This document shows, piece after piece, positions 12,122-23,159 of a DNA stretch of 41,975 nt. Made by a program: the position numbers and the translations under genes. Below the pieces are notes generated by a model. It did no database searches. It had not been told where the DNA came from and worked only from the letters and a program-made list of their open reading frames with translations. Numbering within the stretch: the first letter of the stretch is position 1; each line of letters begins with the position of its first letter. This DNA is from Octopus bimaculoides (Eukaryota): NCBI RefSeq assembly GCF_001194135.2, contig NC_069003.1, positions 36,999,567-37,041,541 on the forward strand, written 5' to 3'.

Positions 12122-15100
12122 CAAATGAAACCAACAGAACAAGTACCAGAGCTGATTTGTTCAACTAAAACCCTTCAAAGGAGAGCTCCAGCATAGCCAT
12201 AGACCAATGAGGGAGAAAAAGAGGACATAACATTGGAATACTGGAGAGGAGATTGTGAAATTAAATGAAAACAAGAGATGAAGAAAGAAACAAACCACAG
12301 AGTTGAGTTTAAATTTAAATTGCTCGACCAGGGACTCTAAAGTCTGTACAATCTTTTCTATGAAGTTCTCCAAGTCGTGGTTCTCTGCATGAAGGCTCTT
12401 CAACTTCTTTTCATAATCTCTCAGCATCATGCTGTAGAATTCTTCAACTTGACTGGAAGAATAAAAGAAGACAAAAATAATGGTTAAAGAAATATTTCAG
12501 ACAACAAAGAGAGATTATAAAATGCTCCGATACAAAATGGGAGAAAATAGATGTACAAAGGATTCCTCTTACTTTGAATTGGTTTTCCATGTGGCCCTTT
12601 TGCCGTCAGTTTTTGGTAAGGCATTCAGAATCTCAGGACCTACAACAGAAACAACAAGCTTGAAAAAAAAATTCAAAACAAATGTCTAACAAAAACTTGG
12701 TCTTTCCTTCAAAATTTTAGCAATGCCAACCATTCTTTCAGACAAGGGACTGTCTGAGGGAGAGGGAGAGAGAAAGAGATAGGGGGAGAGAGAGAAAGAG
12801 ATAGAGAGAGAGTGATGACCCAACGCTGTAGGTGGTGAAGACATTGCATCATTAATAAACATTTTAATAACATTAATTACTAAAAAGATAATTATGCAAA
12901 AATTCTTTCTTGCATTCAAATTAGAAATTATTATTTTTAAAAGATATAAGTGTGGTTATGTGGTTAAGAAGTTTACCTTAAAACTACATGGTTCTGGGTT
13001 CAATCCCAATGTCTGGTACCTTAGGCAAGTGTTTTCTACAATAGTCCCAGGTCAACCAAAGCTTTGAGTAAATCTGTTTGATAGAAACTGGAAAGAAGCC
13101 CGTTGTGTGCATGCATGTGCATCTCCTTGTCTTGACATTATGCACTAATTGTAAACAAGCATCCCTAATATATAAGGGGAGGTGTTTATTTGCAATCTTT
13201 TGTGTAAACATGTTCAAGCATAGGGAAAATATTCCATTGCTTGGAAACAGGAGAGGATTGGTGGCAGGAAGAGCATCTAGCTGACCTGGACTAAACAACA
13301 TGTCACTTAAAGGAAACTCACCAAGTATTTTATGAGATTTCTCCATGAGAACCTGACTCAACTTCTCCTTCAACCGATTCATCTCCCGTTCATTCTTCTT
13401 AGAGTCATGTCGGTACTGGAGTTCCCTGTGGTTAATTGTAGAGTTCAGTCGTTTCACCTGGGGAGCAAGAAAGAGAACAGACAGGTATGAAGGCACCGAT
13501 TAGCAGAAGATAAACTGGGTTCATTATGACCCTCACCAGCAAATTCACATTCTTGAGATTCTAAGTTGAGCCACTACTATTTAGTATGTGATTAGAATGT
13601 TACAGGAAGGAATCACAAGAGAAATTCTTCAAGCTGACCCCACCACCAGGAGATCCAGGGGCAGACCAAGAATGAAAATGTTGGATAGTATCCATAGTTT
13701 TTATTTGGCCAGATTTGGGAATCCAGATGGAAAGTCTAATGATAGTTGCTTCTGATAGGATGCTATGGAGGAGGTGCCAGAGGGTTCTACCTGCAAGACC
13801 CTACAAGCAATAATTGGTAAAGAAAACAGGTGATGGATGCAATCCAGTCAACAATTTGGACAAGGCTAATAAAAGGGATGATGGATGTAAAAATCGTTTT
13901 GCTTACCTCATCCTTCTCAGCTTTAATGGAAGAACAGAGAGAACGGTTTTTGGTAGCAAGTTCTTTTTCTTTTCCTTGTCGAATTGCAATTTCCCGTTCT
14001 AGCTTTTCAATATCGTCTTTGAGTCGCATCTGTGAGGTTTGTAAGCGTTCATAGTCGGTTATTATACGAGATGTTCTGAAAAACAAGGGCAGAGGGTCAT
14101 TTGGGACAAAGTGAAATCAGTAACAACTGAAAACAAAATTCAATAATAAAAATGAAAACAAAATTGATGAAAGAGCCTTTATGTGATCTCTCAACATGCT
14201 AGAAACAGCAGTTAAATTTTTCTCAAATCATATTGTCTTTTTAAAGACAGAGGCGCTGTGGATATCTGCACTGGTTATTTGAGAAACACAGACCTTGGGT
14301 TAAATAACAGCAAAAGCAATTGCTAACTTACTTTGATTCCAGTTCCTCTCGAAACTTTGTGTCCTGTTGAATGCGTTTAAGTAAATCAAAAGTGATGTTC
14401 ACGAGAGGGACGGTGATGTTGGACATATTGCTTATCGTTGGTAGACACATATTCTGTAGCAGCTGACAGCGGGGAAGGCGAAAGAACATGGAAGACAACA
14501 TTAGCAAGATTTCAACAATGATCCATATTCAATGGCACACACACATATTAGACACACAGTCAAGAAAAACAGTTTATAAAGCGTTAAAGCTCATTGGGTA
14601 GAGGTGCGGGGGAGATCAACTTGGCATATTGGGCCCATGAGGATTCTTTTGAGATCTTGGGGGTGGGGGGGAGAAAGATGAGTCTTATATGCCATCAAAT
14701 ATGGTATTATTTAACGAGAAACAATGTCACATCAATTACATTACAGCTGAGAGGTAAACACACACACACACAAACTACAATTTTTAACATGTAGACATAC
14801 ATCCACCAAGGCAAGAGATCAATGAAATTGTTTGGTTAAACTAATCCAGATTAGGGCAGATCTGGTCTACAGACCTTGAGACAAGAGGGTGTTGTGTGTG
14901 TGGAGGACTAGTCCCTCCATAATCACTCAACCTGGGCCCTGAAGGAAGGGATACATTAAATAACATAGTCCTAGGTATGCAATACCCAAGATAAGGATAG
15001 AGGTGCTCATTCCTCAGATAATGGATTTTGGTCAGTCAAGATTGACCAGAGACTAAACAACACACACTAATTAGGTGCTGAAAAATTTGCTTCCATACAT

Positions 15101-17398
15101 ATAAACGCATCTTTATACACACACAAACAGTCACCACTGACACAAGCCACTGCTTNNNNNNNNNNCGCCATTCATAACCAAAACAATTTCTTTTACAACT
15201 GTAACTTTGTGGTTGATATATTAAAGACAGCACCAAGACACCATTAACTTGAAATAACGCCACACCCCGTGCCCCATCACCTCTAATAATATCCATCAAT
15301 GCCTGACATTGTTTCCATTTCCCCAGCAGCCACACACAACTTACGGACGTATATGAAAGACTTATTCTGAACCCAATGCAGATGGGTGGGAGGCATGGCG
15401 TTGGGGGCAGGGTTGACGGCAACCCTGGGTTGAAACAACATCGTTTATAAAACCCTAACAATCGGCTACAAGTAGAACATTGTATACAAAAAAAATGAAA
15501 CATTGTGTATTGTACAAGTGTAACCAATTTATTGCTCATAAGTTTTAACAAAATCTTCTTCGGGCCCCCATTGAAAACCACTGCCTTAATGTATTAAAGG
15601 AAAGTAAGCCTGCCCGATCAAGTCTGACCTGGGGCTTGACCATCATCATCTTCACCACTAAAACAGGTCAGAGTTTTCCAACCATTTCAGCCATTTCTAG
15701 GATATTGCATGGGACATGTTCATCTTATTTCTCAACTTACACAAATAACACAGACAGACACACACACAAACAATGAAAGCAAAGTGAAAACAGTTACCTT
15801 GTTCAAGTGTATAATACAGTCTTCAACGTTCTCCTGGTTACAGACGCTGCTGCTGTAGGGATAGCTGTAAGGGTACATGTCAAGGTAGCTGTCCGACAAC
15901 ATGCTGCAATTCGAAAAGGGTTTATCATAGAGAACCTTAGAGCAGACATTGTTCCCATACAAGGAATCCATCCTACAAACAAAAACAGAAAGAAAAAAAA
16001 CAGCAGTTAAGCATTAACTGCATTCACCTGTGCACAGGTGTGGTTGTGTGGGGTAACAAGATTGTTGCACAACCGTTTGATCTTGGGTTCAATTCCTTTG
16101 TGCAATACCTTCAAGCCTTGGGCCGACTCACACCATTACAGTGGAATTTGCTAGACAGTGTGGCACAACCCCATCTCATACACAGGTTCAGTACGTACAC
16201 ATGTGGCACCCACGTGTGGTCACTATTCTTGTCCTCTAAGCAGCTCAGAGATATATCCATCTAACGAATCTGCTCACCTGGATAAAATGCCAATCTATCA
16301 TAGATGATCAGGTAACACCAATCCCTTTCAACTTGGTGATCAGTAGCCAATGAGGAGCTTCTACAGGGTTGCTCCAAATGCTAGAAATAGCAACCAAATC
16401 TCTCAACACATACCTTTGTATAAGGAAGCATGCAACAGACAATATAGTTCTAGTGATACAGTCTGAAAAGGGGCCATGGCTGGAATTTCTGGAGTAGCTA
16501 TAATCAGTTTGTTGAACTGATGTGACTAGAGGGTAACCAACAAAACATTAAGTATTGGCTCTAGTTCAGTCCATCTAGCCGTAGACAGGTACCATGGGGG
16601 TAAGTACAGCTTACCACTCTAGCTTACATGGAGTTTTATTCATTAATCACTTAGTAACGAATCCCCCACCACCACTCGAGTAATTAAAAGTTTAAAATAT
16701 TTAATTGGACGAACAATGTTATCAGAGACAATGACAAGACAAATGATTCAGTGGAATAATAATGTGAGTAAACAGGTGAAATAATTAGCTGCAGACACAG
16801 GTGATAGGTGTACAATGAATGACTAATATGGAGAGGAAACGAACAGGAAAATAAACAGCATCAGCCAGAATTATCCAGGAAACATTCCAATGCAAATAAG
16901 AACAGAAATGGCAGGGGAATTAAGAAGCTTGCTTTGCTAACACGAGGTTTTGGGTTCAATTCCATTGCACAGCACCTTGGGCAACTGTCTGGCCATGTAC
17001 CATGGCCCTGGGCTGGCTAATGCCTTGTGAATGAATTTGGTAGATGAAACTGTAGAGAAGCATATCGTGTGTGTGTGTGTGTGAGCCCTACCCACTGCTT
17101 GACAACCAGTGTTGATTTATTCACATCCCTGTGACTTAGCAGTTCAGCAAAGAAGACTAATGAAATAAGTACCAGGATTGATTTGAGTAAACCACAATCT
17201 TATGATAAATGAATCCAACACCGTAACCACTAAGCCATGCACCTCTACATTGGCTGCCAAAATAACTTTTAGTATAATCTGTGGTTGACTTATGAAACAA
17301 ACATACGTGTCAGTTGAGTGGAAAGATGATTGACATCTTTCACTTGAAATGTCATCCAAGTTTGGCAAAGAATAAAATAACTTCTTCCTGTTTTTCAT
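4753..17398 (-). CDS. SSX2IP: Afadin- and alpha-actinin-binding protein (SSX2IP/ADIP/Msd1-like), 14 coding exons, about 730 aa
   Basis: Exons: 17307-17398, 15798-15972, 14332-14462, 13907-14075, 13322-13457, 12573-12639, 12296-12452, 11489-11582, 11205-11303, 8616-8734, 7924-8100, 7252-7342, 6575-6695, 4753-5317. All introns are GT-AG with matching phases; total 2193 nt with no internal stop. Colinear similarity to human SSX2IP as recalled: CNQENVEDCIIHLNK~CTEDNIEQSISYLDQ; KAEKDEVKRLNSTINHRELQYRHDSKKNEREMNRLKEKLSQ~[50 protein letters not shown]~DGKRGSWRT; MKQQFLELT~LKQQFLNMT. Confidence 0.92.
5606..6381. other. Assembly gap (largest of 11)
   Basis: N runs: 4379-4541, 5606-6381, 9567-10321, 15156-15165, 24083-24345, 25976-25985, 27651-28240, 34099-34108, 34909-35165, 36170-36218, 40756-41086. 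Most abut microsatellites or repeats. Confidence 0.99.
6575..6695 (-). CDS. SSX2IP: SSX2IP penultimate exon (ALTDFLSATTSSEAMLDSYSTPNTETVFKNSTSCHEHRKC)
   Basis: aatttcag acceptor, AA|GTGAGT donor, 121 nt, phase 1 to 2. It bridges the phases of both neighbours; no homology recognised. Confidence 0.78.
6981..7201. mobile_element. Decayed piggyBac-type MITE
   Basis: Degenerate TIRs CCCTTTAACATTT (6981-6993) and AAATGCTAAAAGG (7189-7201), 11/13 complementary. The left flank TTGA resembles a TTAA target; CCC..GGG ends with TTAA sites are piggyBac hallmarks. Confidence 0.6.
7252..7342 (-). CDS. SSX2IP: SSX2IP exon (KKLFNLEKCNQMKQQFLELTPKKNPAELLP)
   Basis: gtcaacag acceptor, G|GTGAG donor, 91 nt, phase 0 to 1; KQQFL motif. 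Confidence 0.92.
7924..8100 (-). CDS. SSX2IP: SSX2IP exon (KFAKKAP...NFEKERLQHLNEAMQLAEE)
   Basis: atttatag acceptor, GAG|GTAGGT donor, 177 nt, phase 0 to 0; NFEKER corresponds to human NFERER. Confidence 0.93.
8616..8734 (-). CDS. SSX2IP: SSX2IP exon (DPEKASAKTLDAEQESELDLLKTKLQQYKELVAFQEETLQ)
   Basis: ttatcag acceptor, CAG|GTGAG donor, 119 nt, phase 1 to 0. Confidence 0.92.
9240..10648 (+). mobile_element. 5'-truncated RTE-like non-LTR retrotransposon in an SSX2IP intron (antisense), middle hidden by a gap
   Basis: 9240-9566 is one open frame, RVEVGVHQGSVLSPLLF...CPWELLYADDLALIAES...GLRVNLAKTK...WPCSVCRKGVGSNSIRCT, with RT motifs QGSVLSP and YADD (9351-9362). N gap 9567-10321. The 3' UTR 10322-10624 ends in (GAT)8. 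Clade assignment is from recalled similarity. Confidence 0.9.
11205..11303 (-). CDS. SSX2IP: SSX2IP exon (ETCVSFTKCQKLLQKLNRYCTTLHNYLENNIK)
   Basis: tttctttacag acceptor, G|GTAATT donor, 99 nt, phase 1 to 1; helical pattern aligns with human LTNSIRKQWRILKSHVE. Confidence 0.82.
11489..11582 (-). CDS. SSX2IP: SSX2IP acidic linker exon (MHVVNEVDSESDAEEMDVAEGKSSFNPSESG)
   Basis: tttcag acceptor, perfect T|GTAAGT donor, 94 nt, phase 0 to 1. Confidence 0.88.
12296..12452 (-). CDS. SSX2IP: SSX2IP exon (QVEEFYSMMLRDYEKK...KLNSV)
   Basis: ttcttccag acceptor. The donor is weak: GTG|GTTTGT, or the in-frame TCT|GTGGTT 3 nt upstream, so the 3' edge is uncertain by one codon. Confidence 0.85.
12573..12639 (-). 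CDS. SSX2IP: SSX2IP exon ([22 protein letters not shown])
   Basis: tgttgtag acceptor, AA|GTAAG donor, 67 nt, phase 1 to 2; conserved DGKRxxW motif. Confidence 0.93.
13322..13457 (-). CDS. SSX2IP: SSX2IP coiled-coil exon (VKRLNSTINHRELQY...SHKIL)
   Basis: cccag acceptor, G|GTGAG donor, 136 nt, phase 0 to 1; strongest similarity to the family. Confidence 0.95.
13907..14075 (-). CDS. SSX2IP: SSX2IP coiled-coil exon (TSRIITDYERLQ...KAEKDE)
   Basis: ttttcag acceptor, GAG|GTAAG donor, 169 nt, phase 2 to 0. Confidence 0.93.
14332..14462 (-). CDS. SSX2IP: SSX2IP coding exon (LLQNMCLPTISNMSNITVPLVNITFDLLKRIQQDTKFREELES)
   Basis: Polypyrimidine tract plus cag acceptor (an in-frame alternative AG lies 9 nt downstream); AA|GTAAG donor; 131 nt, phase 0 to 2. 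Confidence 0.88.
15798..15972 (-). CDS. SSX2IP: SSX2IP coding exon (G+MDSLYGNN...CNQENVEDCIIHLNK)
   Basis: tttgtag|G ATG acceptor and AAG|GTAAC donor, phase 0. Start of the conserved ADIP region. Confidence 0.9.
17307..17398 (-). CDS. SSX2IP: SSX2IP putative first coding exon (MKNRKKLFYSLPNLDDISSERCQSSFHSTD+AC)
   Basis: Acceptor CAG directly before ATG (17398) and a strong AC|GTATGT donor at 17307. Phase 2 joins the single G that opens the 15972 exon (AC|G = Thr). No homology recognised for this segment. Confidence 0.6.
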
Positions 17399-18049
17399 CT
17401 GAGACCAAATTGTGACATTTCAGAGATTAATCATTCCTCACAGCAACACAAATAGGGGCCTCTTCTCACCATGACATACGAACTCATAACAGAGTCACAA
17501 GCCAGGTGGGTCCAGTTATGAAGCTTCCTTTGCAACCATGAGGTCTTGGGGTTCAATCCCACTACAGAACACCTTGCACAAGTGTCTTCTATTACAGCCC
17601 CCACATCAGCCAAGTGGATTTGGTAAACAGAAACTGTGTGGAAGCTCATGTGTGTGTGTGTGTCCCCTCCATCCAACTGCTTGACAACCAGCGTTGGTTT
17701 ATTTACATCCCTATCACCTAACAGTTCAGTAAAACAACCCCTGGCTATGTGGGTATTTTGAAAATACCTCAAAGGGTGATGACTGTGCCTGGCATAATTA
17801 CAGGTTGCCCTTTGCTAGTAATGTGGGACAAGTAATTCTAACGAACCAGTCTTTTAGTTCAACAACAGAGCTGCCACAATTGAATAAGCACCAACAAGAA
17901 CTTGGGCTTTTTTTTTTTGGTAAGTTAAACGGTGGCTTTTAAGAAACAACCTTTTTAAAAGCAGGCTTTTGATGTAGGGAGGGGGGAGGAGTTGCTGTAA
18001 ATGCTTTGACCTTTCCATAGTATGGTAAAAAAAGAAAAAAGCCACCCAA

Positions 18050-18053
<4 letters not shown>

Positions 18054-18102
<49 letters not shown>

Positions 18103-18105
18103 GAG
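18054..18105. repeat. (AG)n microsatellite, representative of many SSRs
   Basis: Others include (TA)n at about 12085-12118, 19300-19405, 24039-24082, 34870-34908, 40706-40755; (CA/TG)n at 20183-20227, 23297-23339, 25903-25936; (GGT/ACC/GAT)n at 29040-29150, 29720-30000, 30240-30310, 33887-33955, 34220-34380, 36360-36470. Confidence 0.95.
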
Positions 18106-19352
18106 AAAAGAAGGAGCAACGAGGAAAAGAGAATATATTACTGTAGTAAATTAGGGTTGAATGAGAAGAGAGAGGAGGTGGTGGTGGTGGTGGTGGCAAT
18201 AATGAGGTAAATTGTTTAGGGAAATAGATGAGGGAATAAAGAAGAGAGGAACTTTAAATGAAGGTTTGTCAGGTCCAATACACATGTAGACATAGACAGG
18301 AACCAAAAATAGATGCCTGTATGTGGTCACTCCAGCGGCTAGAAATAGCAGCCAATTTTTGTGAAACATCAGACTATCTTAAAAGATACACACTGAATAA
18401 ATATGATCTTCAAAGTAATGTGTCTTGAGAAAATATGGAATATCTTTAATCATAAGTCAGCTCAATCAGGATTGATCTTCACAACATATTCTTAAGTCAG
18501 TAAAGCAGAGCTTTCTAAATGGATGAGCTTCCATAACATTTTAATGTCAACTTTTCCATATTTGCATCTATCAGATGGAATTTGGTGATGCAGATCTTCT
18601 ACAGCCAGGTACCCTTCCTGTCACCAACCCTCACCTGTTCCCCCCCCCCCCACAGAACATTGGAAATGAAGGACATAACTTGGATAATGGTCATGCTTGT
18701 TTTACAACCAATGCACAATGTCAAGAGAAAGAGATACAAACAGGCACACGTATTCATGAGAAGCTTCTTTCAGTTTCCATTAATCAATTCAATCATAAGG
18801 CTTTGGTCAGCTTGGGAATGGAGTAGAAGAGGCCTCACACACACACTACAAAATAAATTAATGAACGAGTATTTATATGGTGACTCAAATTGCTAGATAT
18901 GACAGCCAGATCTTCCTTTAATCACACTGTAGTTCTAAACATTAAAGGAAAAATGGTGGGAATATCTTTGACCACATCCCTGCTGGATCATGGCCGGCCC
19001 CAGGGCAAGAAAAACCAACACCCCACAACGAACATGATAATATTTCACCAATTATATTAGTGTAGACTGGAATATAATGGAGACACAATTATATAAATGT
19101 TTTGCCCAGCTACATGTGGAATGTTTGTCAGGGTGTGTATTTAACATGGAATCATTTTACAGAGATTTGCTTGCCATTTAATGCCACTACTACTACTACT
19201 ACTACTACTACAACAGCTAATTAGCTTTAGCTGGGAATGTGGAACACTGCTGATTCTAGTTTTACAATACCGCTTCTGTAGCTGAGATAATAAATATATA
19301 ATTTTATATATATATATAGATATATATATACATACATACATATATACACACA

Positions 19353-19418
<66 letters not shown>

Positions 19419-20190
19419 CTTTTGTTGTAACAAGTTTTCATACTACTGATATCACACAATGTGGTGTGTGTGTGTTAGTACTGGATTAAGAAATTCACTT
19501 TGCAACCAAAAGTTTTCAAGTTAAATTGACAGACATAACTGATCAAGAAGTTCAAAGAAATTCGCTTCACAACCACATAGTCTCTGGTTCGGTCCTGCCA
19601 TGGGGTCAAGTGCTTTCTACTATAGTCACAAGTCGACCAATGTCTTGCCAGTGAAATTTGATAAGTAGAAACTGTATGGAAGCCTGCTGTGCGTCTGCCC
19701 ACATTGACATCGTTTTGTCAGCTGTGAAGTCTGTGTTCTTTATCCTTCCCACAAATTCCATTTTTAGATATGGAAAACCCTGTGCAACAATAAACACTTT
19801 ACTTTGAAACCAAGGATTAGGCTGCCACCAGGAAGAGGATCTGGCTGTAGAATACAACCAGTCTCATTCAACCAGTTCTAAGAAGTGAGGAACACACACA
19901 CAATATTTTCTTAAAACTTTGGATTCAGCTGATAATGGAGTTACCGCCTTTGCATTCCATTTTGATATCTGCAACATCCCTAGAAATAGTTTTTATCTTT
20001 AAGTTGCAAAGAGAAACGAATTTGTTTTTCTTGTTATTATCTTCCTCTAAAAGGTGATGATGATGATATCACATTTGTGAGACAACTCTCTACACACATT
20101 GACATCATGCAGGATGCTCTTTGTTTAGGTTGGAAATTTGTGTAGGTCAGCAATTCTTACATCTTTATACAATTCCATCTCAGCAGCTGC

Positions 20191-20230
<40 letters not shown>

Positions 20231-21329
20231 ATTGTATAAGAAACTGTTCCGTCGCCGAATGCGATTGTGTTGGAGAGGAAAGTGCAGACGTTTGCAGCTT
20301 CCACAACCCATCACCTATTTACAAGATTAACAAAAATTTATGAAATGTTATGACTTTCCATACGACCGTTTATGTATCTGTTATCTTTTACTAGTTGCAG
20401 TCAATCGACTGTGACCATGCTGGGGCACCACTCAGAAGGGTTTACAAACAAATTGGTCCCCCACTGCCAGTACTGATGCATTTTCTTTTTCTTAGCGTGG
20501 TACATATTACATTGACATCTAATATAGGGGAGGGAGAGGAAGAGGTGATATTGTCAACTGTCTGTACTAATTACTATTGGAAGGACGAAAACCGAAATTG
20601 ACCTTGGCGGAATTTGAACTCGGAGCGTAACCAAATACTGCAAAACTTTTAGTTCGGTACACTACTGCCATCCACCACCCTCACAACGACAACAAGAATT
20701 TCTAACTGAAACAAGGCCTTACAATGATTCAAGTACCAGATCGATATTTAATTTCTAGACTCTGGAAGAACAAAAAGTCGACCTCAACGGGATTTGAGCT
20801 CGAAATGTAACGAGGCGCAATCGAACACCACCAAGCTCCATTTTGTGAGAAGTTTTAGACACTTCACGAGCGGAGAATAAATATGCCTGTTATAATATTC
20901 AACAAGTTACACACAAGTTCCCTCATCCCACACTCTCAGACAGTCAGGTATTTATATATAAAACATTCAATGTTACCTACCTATGATATCCAAAATCGTA
21001 CACAGAAGAAAGTTAACTAAGGTTACAGCGAAACCTATAAACTGCCAGCAGAGTTCTGGTATCTGGCAACAGAATTACTAACAGCAGCACCACCACTGCT
21101 ACTACTACCGCTATTAACACACAATGCGGTATTTCAAAGCATTAAGCTGCTACCACCACCACCACCTCTAATAAACAGACAATGAATTACTTGAAAGTAA
21201 GAAGCCACAAGAAAGATTAATTCTCTAGCGCAACCATAATCATGACAACAGCGTTGTAGAATTTGGCAAAGCAATAAAAATTATATAAACACACACACCA
21301 ATAGGCAATACCTGTACAATATATCTTAC

Positions 21330-21600
21330 CTGCACAGGAGATATGTGCGTGCGCGCGCCTGCCTTAACCTGTTCAGAATCCTTGCAACAGTTTGTTTACA
21401 AACAACATGGAAACGAGGCTGGATCTCTCTGGTGGTGGTGGTTAATAAAGATGATGTTAGAGAGGGAAGACGGAGTCGGTGTGATTTACAGAGGAGACGA
21501 TGGTGATGGACCAGAGGAATATAGAAATCGAGTAGTGGTGGTAATACAGGAAAGGTGGTAGTTATAGAAAAGGTGAGAGGAGACGGTCCCAGATGACAGA
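21330..21600 (-). other. Candidate 5'-UTR (first) exon of SSX2IP; upstream edge unknown
   Basis: Consensus CAG|GTAAG donor at 21330/21329 in unique, CpG-retaining sequence (GCGCGCGC) 3.9 kb upstream of the first coding exon. No transcript evidence. Confidence 0.55.
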
Positions 21601-22279
21601 CAAGAAGCACCCACTTATACAGAACATCATATCCATTTCAGAAACTTAGAATAACAAACACCAACGGGGGGGGGGTGAGCAGAGCATATGCGTGCGTGTT
21701 GCGATACCTTTTCGGAACCGCTTCACTTCGAGAAAGGAATGCTCGCCGGGAAAGACATGTACAAATACATCCATACACACATGATGTGCATATGCAGCAT
21801 ATGTTCACACACATATTACAACGACTTAATCATACCTGAGCAATTAGTAATACAGCCACTGTTTGAAACAATCCCTAGGTCCTCAGAAAGAGAATCCGGT
21901 ACCATTCAATCACACAATGTAAGCTAGAGAGAGTAACGGCCGTGTTACTTTACTAGCTCACCCCACTCCCACCCCCATCACACGTTAGTTTAACAAATAA
22001 ATCTACTGGACTCCCAAAGTTAATCACTAACGAAAAGAAGCCAAGTTCTAAAAACTTAACGTGTCTTTCAATGACAGATTCTGTCACTCTCCAGCCTGCA
22101 GAGCAACGTGAAATGAAGTGTCTTGCTTAAGAACATAACTCACTGCCTGGTCCGGGGATGGAACCCATGATCTAGCGATCGCATCCTAACCGCCAGGCGC
22201 CTTCATATATACATAATACACATCCATACACACACGGTGAGGACCAGAGAAAGCATTTGAAATTGAAGTCACTAAAACA

Positions 22280-22855
22280 GACAACGGGCTTCTATGTGGC
22301 TCCTCGAATTACTAGAAACAGCGACCAAATACCACCAGACTACACGCAATCATCTCGAAAAGGGAAGGACACACTGGATATTGTAATCCTGCAGATATCA
22401 TCTGAAAGAGTAAAAAGATGAGGATGGTGGCTACTGGGCCGCTCTGACCACCAAGTTAATCTGAGATTAAACAAACCACGCTTTCTTCGCTAGAAATAGT
22501 AACCAAATCTTTCTTATATTGTCCTACCGCCTTTAAAAGAGGCGGTCATATTGTCCAATAATATAGTCAAATAAACAAGATGGCCATAGTTAGAACGCCG
22601 TCGGTCAGTGTCCCGTTCGATGATGACCGAGATGGGAATTAAAACTCCTTTACCGTTGAGAGAAACGCTGATATATAAAAACTATACAAAGCAAACAACT
22701 ATTTCATATCAATACACACCGTGGATTCGACTGGCCAGAAATAACAAATCTCAATCAAAAACCTACACCCTGCCGTCTTAAAGGACACATTGGCTAATGT
22801 TTGTCCTGGATGGCCTGCACATAAGAGCCGGCGAGATAACAATGGCTATCCAGAG
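22280..22855 (+). repeat. Three head-to-tail degenerate copies of a dispersed repeat family (CTAGAAATAGC.GCCAAAT...GGATGGTCATGGCTGGAATG)
   Basis: Copies at about 22280-22476, 22490-22648 and 22720-22855. Same family at about 8230-8350, 14180-14310, 16360-16500, 18310-18480 (+) and 11650-11790, 31500-31570, 31780-31935, 34410-34550, 38730-38800 (-). Confidence 0.65.
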
Positions 22856-23159
22856 GTCTGCACATTCAGAGCCCTCTCGGTTTTGTAAGGTGGACCTTCC
22901 AATTCATCTGCAGCAACTCGTTTTGAACAAATGGGACAATACTGCCAAAGAAGACATGTACACGGGCAACAGATGTGTCTTGAAATCAGAGTTTAGGAAC
23001 AGGGGCCCCTAACATCCCAACCATAACTCTACCAGTATCATTTTGGTTAACTAAAATAAGGTGAATGTCTTGCAGGTGGATGGAAATTGTCCTAGCTTCG
23101 AGCATAAACCGGAGCAACGGTGGTTTGACCCGTTTCTGTAGAACCTCCAACAACAGAAT

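Noticed and set aside
12948-13010. tRNA-like A/B boxes here and in other SINE heads
   Set aside because: No complete cloverleaf, and each continues into a SINE body, so none is called a tRNA gene.
15036-15581. 181-aa minus-strand ORF inside an SSX2IP intron
   Set aside because: It crosses a gap, has no recognisable homology, and is not needed for the phase-consistent model.
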